From Veleropilina oligotropha (taxonomy: Eukaryota): DNA of 64,000 nucleotides. The translations under genes were made by a program, and so were the position numbers. Shown here piece after piece: positions 24,801-36,800 of the stretch (positions within the stretch are counted from its first letter, which is position 1; every line of letters begins with the position of its first letter). Under the pieces are notes generated by a model. It did not search any database and had not been told where the DNA came from. It saw only the letters and a list, made by a program, of their open reading frames with translations. The DNA lies in contig JBEUKZ010000098.1 of NCBI GenBank assembly GCA_048128005.1, positions 62,001 to 126,000 of the forward strand, in the 5' to 3' direction.

Positions 24801-27800
24801 TTGGAAGCTTTCGAGAGCGCCGCCCGACGGGCTCTACGGCTATCGTCTGTTCAGGACTTTTTCTTGGACGGCGCGATAGCCGTACTACAGGAGAATGGAC
24901 CCGGCGCCACCGAGGCTGCCCTGTCCTTCCTCCAGGAGGTTGCTGCCGCGCAGGAGACCAGCGCGTTGGAGACGGGACGTGTCCTGGGCAATGCCCTCCT
25001 ACTTCGTAGGGATGCTTGCCTGGAAGGTACCCCGCTGGACGAGCCCACCCGGCGCTCGTTGCGATGCGTACCTTGCTCGGCCACCACTCTCTTTGGTGAC
25101 AACTTTTCGGAGTTTGTTGACAAGAGAGCGGCGGACATGAAGGACCGTGCCATCGAGAAGGCAGTACTGCTCCCCACCCGGGGTCCACCTGCCAACTCGA
25201 AGAAGCGCTCCGGGCCCACCCCGGCCCCGAAGCCTTCTAAGCGTGCGAAGCCCTCTTCGGGTGGTAGGCCTCCGGCCAATAAACCCACTCCAAAGAGGCA
25301 AGCACCTCCAACGAAATCCCGCAAGCAGAGCGGGAGAGGGAAGCCTCGGCCCTAGGGCTGCCGGCATTCGCGACGGCCCCAGTTGCCCGCTCCCGCCGGT
25401 GGGAGCGTGCCTGTTAGCATACAGCCAGCCCTGGCTAGAGCTGACAGACAGCAACTGGGTCCACTTAGTCGTGAGTGCCGGATACAAGTTGGCATTCAAC
25501 CGGCATCCGACCTTAACCGAGGCACCACCAACAAGACACGCTCGACTCCTAAACGGAGAGAAACAAGCGGTCTTAGACCAGGCAGTGCGGGATTTGCTCC
25601 TAAAAAGAGCGATATATCCCGCGCCGCCCAGCACACCAGGATTTTACAGCCATTTCTTCCTGGTCCCGAAACCCGATGGCCGCTGGAGACCGATCCTCGA
25701 TCTCTCGTACCTAAACCGATATCTTCGTACCGAGAAATTCCAGCAAGAAACCCTCTCGAAGATTCGAGCGGCCATCCGTCCGGGCGACTGGGCAGCGTCT
25801 ATCGATCTCGCCGACGCGTATCTGCATGTCCCGATGCATGTCACGGCTCATCAGTACCTTCGGTTTATACACGGGAAGACGATCTACCAATTCAGGTGCC
25901 TACCGTTCGGTCTATCGTCAGCCCCGTACGTCTTCACGAGAACAGTACAGGCCCTAGGGGCCTTCCTACACTCTCTAGGGCACAGGGTACATATGTACCT
26001 CGACGACTGGCTGATCCTCGGGGCGTCCCGGGATCTGTGCCTCCGGTCTACGAGCTTTACCCTGTCATCGACGAAGCGCCTGGGATTTCAGATCAACGAG
26101 ACAAAATCCTGCTTCGTGCCCTCGACGACGTTTACGTTCCTCGGAGTCGACTTCGATACGGTCCGGTACACCGCGAAGCCGACCCAGAAGCGTATGCGGA
26201 ACCTACGCGCGGTTATCCAAGACACCCTGTCATCGGACATAACTACGGCGCGACAACTGGCCACTGTCCTGGGGCACATCGAGTCGGTAGCGCCCCTGCT
26301 ACCGACGGGTCGCATGGACAAAAGACCGTTACAACAGGCGTTCAGGGATCGCTGGATACAACGGACGGGGCAGTGGACGGATCGCATCGATCTACGGCAT
26401 TGGTTTACCGACACGACAGCAGTGTGGTTGAACCCCGCTTTGCCGGACCAGTCGGTTCCTATATCCCCACCAGAGCCGAACGCTTACCTGTTCACAGACG
26501 CTTCGAACGACGGCTGGGGTGGTCACCTCGACAGTTACGAGACATCAGGCCTATGGCCGACAGACCTTCAGGGACGACATATCAACTTCCTAGAGTTAGA
26601 AGCCGTCTTCCTGTCAGTACGGTCCCTCTCGTTACATCTCCGCAACAAGCATATCATGCTCGCCACGGACAACACGACTGTCGTCGCTTACATACAGCAC
26701 CAGGGCGGTACTCGCTCGCGTCCCCTATGCGACCGAGCAATAGACCTACACCGCTTAGTGATGTCCCTCAACTCGACGATTCGAGCCCGACACATCCCGG
26801 GAAAGCTGAATGTCAGAGCGGATTCGCTCTCTCGGAGATCACAGATAATACACACAGAGTGGACGCTACACAGCCGAGTAGCTCGGGATGTTTGCCGCCG
26901 GTGGTCGCAACCCCAAGTCGATTTGTTTGCAACAGAATTCAATTACCGACTACCTCTGTATGTCTCCCCGTACCCAGACCCGGCCGCCCTAGCGGTCGAC
27001 GCAATGTCAATGACATGGGAGAATCTGTCCGCGTATGCCTTCCCCCCGACGTGCATTCTATCACTGGTATTACAGAAGGCAGCGACCGAACGTTGCGAGA
27101 TAACGCTAATAGCGCCCCTGTATCGCACGCAACCTTGGTTTCCGACCCTCCTCGATCTGATCGTCGATCGACCGTTAGCGTTACCGCAGAAACTAGACCT
27201 GTTAATGCAACCACGCTCCCGTGTACTCCACGAGTCGCCGAACCACTTACGTTTACACGCCTGGCGGTTATCGAACGATCCCTTGCTAAGAAAGGATTTT
27301 CTAAAGCTACAGCCTTACGTATCTATCGATCGAGAAGGATTTCCACTACAAAAGTCTATGACTACCGATGGGTTAAGTACGTGGATTGGTGTCACAGCAG
27401 GCAGATCAATATACTCCGTCCCCCTGTGAACAAGTTTATCGAGTTTTTATCGTCGCTCTTCGACCGCGGTATGTCAGTGTCCGCCGTCAAAGGCTATCGG
27501 GCAACGATCGCGACCACGCTAAAGCAGTGTCGTGCCCATGCTGGCCTATCAAGCGACCGAACGATATCAGATTTTATCCGATCTTACGAACTCGAGATAC
27601 CGACCCGAAGAATTAAGCCACCTGCCTGGAATATCGTACTTATTCTTAACGCATTACTCTTACCCCCGTATGAGCCGATGTCCGAGATAACCATGAGGAA
27701 CTTGACGCACAAAACGGTTTTTCTGATCGCCTTAGCGTCGGGCAGGCGTTGTTCCGAGATCCATGCTTTCTCCTCCGAGCTAAGAGATATACGATTCCAG

Positions 27801-30800
27801 TCAGACGGGTCGGTGATACTGCGTCCTATTCTTGGCTTTCTAGCCAAGAACCAACGGCCGAACGAGGACGCACCTGATGTTGTTATTCCCAAGCTAACGC
27901 TAGTCGGACGGCACGATGCAGACCGCCTCAATTGCCCGGTACGGGCGCTTCGCTTCTACCTAGACAGAACCCGTGAAATGCGGACAGGGAAATTACGTTT
28001 ATTCGTATCGTATTTACCTACTTACACCCGCGACATTACGAGGACAACTGTTTCGCGGTGGATTTCACAAACTGTGAGAGATGTTTACATCCGTTGTGAT
28101 GACGACGACCGAACTATTTTATCGGTCCGCGCACATGAAGTCCGGGCAATTGCCGCGTCTGTAGCATTCCGACATAATTTAAATATCAATGCGTTACTCC
28201 AGGCTGGATATTGGAAAAACGCTAATGTGTTTGTCAAACATTATCTGCGGGACTACTCAACTGGTGCTGATGGCCTGAGCAGCTTACAGTGTGTTGCTGC
28301 ACAAAGGGTTATTGTTAGACCGAGGTCTTCTAATCAGTAAGTATTGTTCTCTGATTGATCATTTGCATATTTACTGACGCCATTTTATTTTTGTTGGCCA
28401 ACGGTGCTACGAAAATTAACACCTACGAGGCAGTTCAATGTCTGTTCATTTCTTAAATCTAATTTAAGATTTTGTTCTTTTCATGTCAGACCTGAGCAGC
28501 TGACAGCCAGATCACATTGAATTTAATAAAACAACTTTTATAATTTTGCACAAATCTTAAAAAGATTAAGGTTCAATATTGATATGTTCTTTGCTGTAAT
28601 CGAACATACGATGTTCAATACATTTTAAAATGTTGATTCCTTAACATTTATTTTTAAGTAACATGTCGAACATTTTTGCTTCCTTAAAATTTATTTTAAG
28701 TGACATGTCGTCCATGTTAGCGTTCGCAAGTTGGTCATGCGAATTACTTATTAATATCGATTATTTATAATAATCTATTAATTATTTGCTTTTGATTTAA
28801 AGCTTTCACAACCTGTTAGGTTCCGTGTGCTTACAAATCCGACTGCATCCTCTGGCTACCGGCCTATAGGCCCGGAGTCCCATTTGGCTGCCACTGGTCC
28901 ATGACACGTAAGACCTACAGGGATTTATCCTTCCGGCCGTGCCTGGGGCTGATTGCACTTCCGTTCACCTCGTCCGACTAATACCACGGCGTATTCTCCC
29001 GGTAACACTGGTCGAAATTCTCGCTTGGTAAGAGTAGAATATAATACTCAGTAAAAATTCCACTCTAGGCGGACACAATCGACGCTTCATGCTGATTGAA
29101 TTGGTGACAAGTAAGTCATTATCTTGTTTGGGTTTGTTGTAAGGAACGTCTTACCCACCTATCCAAGGTTATTCTGGCAAGAGTAAGGACGTAAGTATGT
29201 TTGTAACTATATATGAGGTTTTAATGTAAACCTAATATTAGTATAAAACATACTTACGTCCTTACCACGATTACCCACCCTGCGTTTCGCATTCCTCCCC
29301 TCTACTACGTTCCTTTGTGGTTTTTGAACTTTGAATTGATGTCATGTGACTTCTATGGTTCAGAAGTCTCGCGAGGTCTCGCGGGGGAACGTGGCTGAGG
29401 AGGAGCAGGGGAGGTAACCGTGGTACGTTTTTGCGTCTTTGACTTATTAATAGTGCATAACGTGACTTATTCACTGTTTCCGGTTTGGCAATAATATTAC
29501 TATTATGGCAAGAGTAAGGACGTAAGTATGTTTTATACTAATATTAGGTTTACATTAAAACCTCATTTTTATGTCGTGACCTTTTTGTAAAAAAGGACAC
29601 GACATTATCAAATGGTCCGTGTGTATATATATACATATATATATATCCACAGATTTACTGGAAATTTTTGCCATAATTGGTATATATACATTCCCACGAC
29701 TATTTGTAGGTCGTGTATATAACTTTCATGACAAAATTTCGTAAAATTTGCTTTTAACAGGCATTTTTATGCATAATTCCTATATAATCAGTACAAAACA
29801 ATTTCCATGACGTCAGTTTGTGGCAGGTTTTGACTTCATTTTCCATTGAACGTCATAACAGTGTGACGTCATATTTCGTATCCACAGCTAACAGAAAATC
29901 AACCATTCATAATATTGGCAATTAAACAAAATACTATTAGACCATTATCATAAAAATATTGTTAGAATGCGTAATAATTTTTAAATAATGTAAACTAATA
30001 TATTATATAACTGTTAAACTGGTGGCACTAACAGACAAAGGTCACGACATATTCCGAACGCGTCGTTCTTGTTTAAAACCACTCGACTACCGGTGAGACC
30101 TGTTATTTAAGATGGAGAAAATGAAGAAGCAGGTTTATGTCGTGATACAATGCAGAGGATATTAGTTCACATTTAAGAATTAGCATGCACTCATTAAAAT
30201 AACCTGCCTAATTATTTTGGTCAGTTGCAATGGACATTCCACCTGAACTTCGACAGAGAGAATTGCCTTCAATGCAAAAATAAATTAATAAATATTATAA
30301 TAATAATGGAGATATCTTGCGCTTCCCCACACAGGAATGTATGCTCATAGTACTTACATCATTATTATTCCCTGGTTATTGGCCTGTTTCGTTTGGTATT
30401 TCATCTCAACTCTCTCGGAGTAGTACGCGTTCCAGTCAATTTATCCCTAATCCACCCCACCTCGGAGTAATGTGAGAAAAAGAAATTCAGTGGTGTCAGT
30501 TTTGGCAATTGTACCACCTCTGGGGCAATTAGCATTGGCAAATCGATGTCAAACTGTCTGCATTTGTTCACAGTTGTCGCATTTTATGTGTATTAAATTC
30601 TCAAGACTATTTAATAGTTTTGTATATATTGACATATTCCCCCCCCCCCCCCATGTGACCCGAGTTGTGGTGTTTCGGATATAATATTGACGAGAACATT
30701 ACGGTACATGCCTGATCTGGTTTTCTGACAATTCTGTCACTGCCAACCTGGTATCCAGTTATATCTCTGCTGGGTAAAACGGAGGGAAAGGAAATTCGCC

Positions 30801-33800
30801 GGGATCGGGGATTGAACCACAAACCCTTGTACTATGAGAGGCCAGTGCTCTAACACTGAGCCACGGCGGCACTCTATCCAACCTACTTGTACTGACAATA
30901 CGTCATTTCCATTCAGGCACTTGTATTCAGTTTGGGTGTTACTTGACTTTAAATACGGGTACTCAATATTAACTAAGACTGAAGTAAGAATGCAGGTAAA
31001 TGGACAAGCTGTAATCAGTTTCAAATTTGTTGACTATATCTAATTTATTTCCTTGCAGTATTACAATGAAAATGAAGCTAAAAAGTACACAACAAAGTAG
31101 GTATAAAATCGATTAATCTAGTAACACATGTACCATATGTTTTCAGTTCCACAAGGTTAATTTGACGTGGTTAGCTGAAACTTGGCATGCTTGCTTCGAC
31201 AATTAATGCAGGGGTTCATTTTATAGGTTTCTGAACCAATATAACATCTCAAAGCATTGAAACTATTTACTGCTTTTTGTTTTGTGAGACAATTATAATC
31301 ATTTCTCCATGAAACGCCTGTTGGCGATAGCTAAAATGGTAGAGCATTGGAAAACGATAAGTGGCATGGTAGGATGTTGGTTCTGACAGTTCGATTCCCG
31401 ATCACTTCAAATCTGATTCTCTTTCTTCGAAAAGAAGTTCTGACTACCGACGCGGCTGAAAAATTATTAATGTGGTCGTAAACTAATGTTTCAAAATGCA
31501 AATCAAATCTCCATGAATTAATATAATTTATTGTTCACTTTTACAGACTGTCAGTGATATGCTGACATGGTATGGAAGGGGACATTGTGCTCAACTAATG
31601 TTTGTTGTCTATAATAATTTAATAAATGAAATTAAAGTTTTGTAGTAATGGTATTTTGTAGTATTTTGTAATAAAGAACATCTTTAGATGTTTGTGCTCA
31701 TGATCAGTGTCAACATTATAATTAACGGCATCAGTTATTTTGTCGACGTATCATTCTGTTTCTGCTTTCAGTTCAAGGATTATGCAAGTCCAACAGCAGT
31801 TATCGGAGAGGGCTCTGGAGCTTCTGTCGTTGCCCGATGACCGATCCTGTTTTATTTTGGATATTGGGTGAGGATCGAAGGGAGGAAAATTAGTTTTCAG
31901 AATATTATAAAATAACATTGTGCTATTATTAATAATTCTGTTCTGTGTCATGATTTATTGTCACAAATTTTTGGTGTGTTGATTAACCATGCACTATTTT
32001 TAATGCTTATGTGTGTTGAATCTGAGCTGCTTTGGTCAAAATTTTAATAATATTTTCTTTAGATGCAAGAAATATCATAAATCATTATCGTTGAAATTTT
32101 ATATCTAAATTTTTAATGATTTGGAGAATAAGATTTATTTAGACCTGTAAGTGCTGCTGTGATGTGTGTCTTCTCCTTTCAGCTGTGGCTCAGGCCTTAG
32201 CGGAGAATGTCTTTCCAATGACGGTCATTTCTGGGTGGGCATAGATATTAGTCCACACATGCTTGGTAAGGACACTTGTAGTCTATGGTAATCAGGGACG
32301 ACGATTGTCAGTTACATATTACATTTAATTTAAGACAAAATATATTTAAAAATTAAAGAGACTATTGCCCGTAAATGCGCTCTTTCGCATGAGTTGTCCT
32401 GGCACCATCTATTGCCCGGTTCGCGCAGATTGATACAAATTTCGCGAAGATATGATCGATATATGATCAAATGGTAGACTTTTATTGAAATTATTATTGT
32501 AACTGGGCAATATATGTTATTGTCAAGTAGAAAGCTATCTTACTTTACGAGCAGAAACCAACGCAACTCGGTCAATTGGAAATGAACTCTGTGCGAGGTA
32601 ATTAAACGCGGACCGCGTTTTATTATTTTTAAATATTCAGTAGCGATTAATTTAAATGTAGCAAATTACTGACGAAAGTTGAATGTTGAAAATTCCTAAC
32701 TTTTTATGTTATAAACAAAAAGTGTAATGCTGTTAGTTTTCTTTTTAAAAAAGAAAGAGCGCATTTACGGGCAATAGTCTCTTGAACACCAGAGAGCAAT
32801 ATTCATGAATGAGCATAATTTGAAACAAGAATGACTCGTTCAGAATATGTCATGTCTGTTATATATTTAGTGTACATTAAATATAATTCCGCATTCTAAC
32901 ATTTTAGTTTTATCCCCCGCCCGAAGGGTAGCAGGGGAATATTGTTGTTGCCAAGTCCGTCCGGCTGGGCGTACGTCCGTAAACAATTTGGTTAAAGTTT
33001 TGATTTGAGTGGATATAGCTTGCCCATGATACTTTTTGGCATATATATGCTTTTGTAGGCATTATATGGATGACACCTGGTACTCTGGAAGTGAGATTGA
33101 ATAAAATGTAATATAATTATTGCATAAATGTAGGTGTTTTTTACCAGAAATTTTGGTTAAAGATTTTCATTGAGTGTATATGAGTTGCTGAATCAACATT
33201 TGGATGTATATATGCTTTGGTATTGATATTATGGATGTCAACTGATACTATGGAAGTGATGCTGAATTAAATTTAATATAATTATTGCATAAAAATAGGT
33301 GTTTGTGGACATAGAAATTTTGGTTAAAGTTATGTTTAAAATTTTCAATGTGCTCATATGGGTTGTTCTAGGCTCTGTTTTACATCCATATACTTTAGTG
33401 TTGACTATATTGATGCTGCTCCATCATTTGCAAGTGATTTATAATATAAATAACATGTGACATTAGTGTTTGTGGACATAGAAATTTTTGTTCAAGTTGA
33501 GTGAATTTCCGTTCTATTCCATTATTGCATATATATTCTTTGGTGATGCTTATATTGATACCACCTTTTACTATAGCAATGATATTGAGTATTATTTTGT
33601 ATAAATATTGAAGTAACTTGATGTGTTGGGACATAGAAATTTTGGTTAAAGTTTATATCAGAGTGATTGCGGAAGGCGGGGGATGAATCCGTTTTCTAAC
33701 AGGCTCTTGTTCTAATAGCTTAGTATGGTTTGTTTATTTTACAAGATCATGTTTTTCTGCTAGCTGACATTACGATTATATATGACGTCGCAAATTTTAT

Positions 33801-36800
33801 GATGTTTAATGTAAAAATTACAATGAAACAATTTGACATCAAAACGTTTAACCTACGACAAAATGATATCATGGAAATAACACACGGACCATGTGACGAT
33901 GTCGTGTCCTATTTTACAAAAAGATGAAGATATTAAAAATAAGATAAACCAAATTCACATGGCTATGACTGTAGCATTGCAAGCTTTTATGCAAGTTAGG
34001 TTATACATGTATGAGATTAATGTTATAGTGTATTAAATTTTGAAGTTGTGTCAGATAAAGTGACCAATTCAAGGTTTGCTTATTTCACTTGTATTGTATA
34101 GTACATCTGACAGTTTACAGGCTAACACTAATTCATACATTCAATTACACGAGAAGGGATTTTTTCGTAGTACAGTTTTAGTACTGTATAGCAGCCTCCT
34201 ATTTATGTCATATACAAATTAACTGCCAGTGACGGTGATTGTGTAACGAAATTATAAGTTGATGAAATTCTTGTTTGGCGTCGAATATTATGAATGTAAA
34301 TGACTAAATTAAATGTTTCAGATGTTGCAGTTGAACGAGAAGTTGAGGGAGACCTTTTGCTCGGAGATATGGGCTTCGGTATGCCATTTAGAGCAGGCAC
34401 GTTTGACGGTTGTATTAGGTAAGAATGATGTTTGCAATAACGGCCTTATTCTATTATGATCAATTTAGTCCATTTTGTGAAATATGGAAGCATGGGAAAC
34501 TTTTTCTTTTATTTTTTTGTTAGTGTTAAATAGCAAATATTATTAGACTGCAAGACAATGCAAAACATATTCCTAAGCAAAAGTAAATGTATGATTGTTT
34601 TGGATACATAGATCTGTCTTTGATGATTGTTTTGGATACATAGATCTGTCTTTGATGATTGTTTTGGATACATAGATCTGTCTTTGATGATTGTTTTGGA
34701 TACATAGATCTGTCTTTGATGATTGTTTTGGATACATAGATCTGTCTTTGATGATTGTTTTGGATACATAGATCTGTCTTTGATGATTGTTTTGGATACA
34801 TAGATGTCTTTGATGATTGTTTTGGATACATATCTCTGTCTTTGATGATTGTTTTGGATACATAGATCTGTCTTGGATGATTGTTTTGGATACATAGATC
34901 TGTCTTGGATGATTGTTTTGGATACATAGATCTGTCTTGGATGATTGTTTTGGATACATAGATCTGTCTTGGATGATTGTTCTGGATACGTTGATCTGTC
35001 TTTGATGATTGTTTTGGATACATAGATCTGTCTTTGATGACTGTTTTGGATACATAGATCTGTCTTGGATGATTGTTTTGGATACATAGATCTGTCTTTG
35101 ATGATTGTTTTGGATGATTGTTTTGGATACATAGATCTGTCTTGGATGATTGTTTTGGATACATAGATCTGTCTTGGATGATTGTTTTGGATACATAGAT
35201 CTGTCTTTGATCATTGTTTTGGATACATAGATCTGTCTTGGATGATTGTTGTGGATACATAGATCTGTCTTGGATGATTGTTTTGGATACATAGATCTGT
35301 CTTTGATGACTGTTTTGGATACATAGATCTGTCTTTGATGACTGTTTTGGATACATAGATCTGTCTTGGATGATTGTTCTGGATACGTTGATCTGTCTTG
35401 GATGATTGTTTTGGATACATAGATCTGTCTTTGATGATTGTTCTGGATACGTTGATCTGTCTTTGATGATTGTTTTGGATACATAGATCTGTCTTGGATG
35501 ATTGTTTTGGATACATAGATCTGTCTTGGATGATTGTTTTGGATACATAGATCTGTCTTGGATGATTGTTTTGGATACATAGATCTGTCTTGGATGATTG
35601 TTTTGGATACATAGATCTGTCTTGGATGATTGTTTTGGATACATAGATCTGTCTTGGATGATTGTTTTGGATACATAGATCTGTCTTGGATGATTGTTTT
35701 GGATACATAGATCTGTCTTGGATGATTGTTTTGGATACATAGATCTGTCTTGGATGATTGTTTTGGATACGTTGATCTGTCTTGGATGATTGTTTTGGAT
35801 ACATAGATCTGTCTTGGATGATTGTTTTGGATACATAGATCTGTCTTTGATGATTGTTTTGGATACATAGATCTGTCTTGGACGATTGTTTTGAATACAT
35901 AGATCTGTCTTGGATGATTGTTTTGGATACATAGATCTGTGTTTGATGATTGTTTTGGATACGTAGATCTGTCTTGGATGATTGTTTTGGATACATAGAT
36001 CTGTCTTGTATGATTGTTTTGGATACATAGATCTGTCTTGTATGATTGTTTTGGATACATAGATCTGTCTTTGATGATTGTTTTGGATACATAGATCTGT
36101 CTTGTATGATTGTTTTGGATACATAGATCTGTCTTTGATGATTGTTTTGGATACATAGATCTGTCTTGGATGATTGTTTTGGATACATAGATCTGTCTTG
36201 GATGATTGTTGTGGATACATAGATCTGTCTTGGATGATTGTTTTGGATACATAGATCTGTCTTGGATGATTGTTGTGGATACATAGATCTGTCTTGGATG
36301 ATTGTTTTGGATACGTTGATCTGTCTTTGAAGTATACATTATTTAATGCTACATCCACAGGAAAATATTGGTCACCCAAGGGTTTGAACAGAATTGATGT
36401 TTTTCCCAATTCTCTCTCTTTTAACTCTTTCAATTACGGCAACACTTGTTTTTACCTTACTCAGGCCATTAGCATGTGCATTTTACCTGTGTTTTCAATG
36501 CAATTAATTATAATAATAATGAAGTAAAAGTGGATAAGAGTGCACACTCTAAGTGCACACTCTAAGTGCACACTCTGAGTGCACTCTCTGAGTGCACACT
36601 CTGAGTGCACACTCTAAGTGCACTCTCTAAGTGCACTCGTTTGACTAATCCTTGGCTCGAGCACCGACTCTGCAATCACAGGCTCGATTGCGATAACTAA
36701 CAGGGGGGGGGGGGGGGGGGGGGGGGCTTGAATCTGACAGTTGTAAATATACAAGGCATCGATCAGATCGAATCCTCGGCTGGATATTCTTTGCTCAATT

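Larger units (their letters stand above)
22098..29565 (+). mobile_element. DIRS1-type tyrosine-recombinase retrotransposon, copy A (7468 bp, full length) in BUD23 intron 1
   Basis: Left ITR 22109-22325, right ITR 29327-29533, ICR 29175-29265 complementary to both termini, intact gag, RT/RH/MT and YR ORFs, no TSD. Confidence 0.97.

Noticed and set aside
23969..27931. Minus-strand ORFs of 100-211 aa inside DIRS (repeated in copies B and C)
   Set aside because: Shadows of GC-rich coding sequence with no motifs; recurrence reflects near-identity of the copies.
28920..29060. Possible HDV-like or hammerhead ribozyme in the DIRS 3' region (cacctcgtcc, ctgattg...gaaa)
   Set aside because: I could not build the required P1/P3 pairings or a CUGAnGA core by eye; an Infernal search would be needed.
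30735..31410. tRNA-like A/B-box sequences
   Set aside because: No complete cloverleaf and they continue into SINE bodies, so they are SINE heads rather than tRNA genes.
34509..36433. 207-635 aa minus-strand ORFs as real genes
   Set aside because: Purely the 32-bp minisatellite inside BUD23 intron 5.
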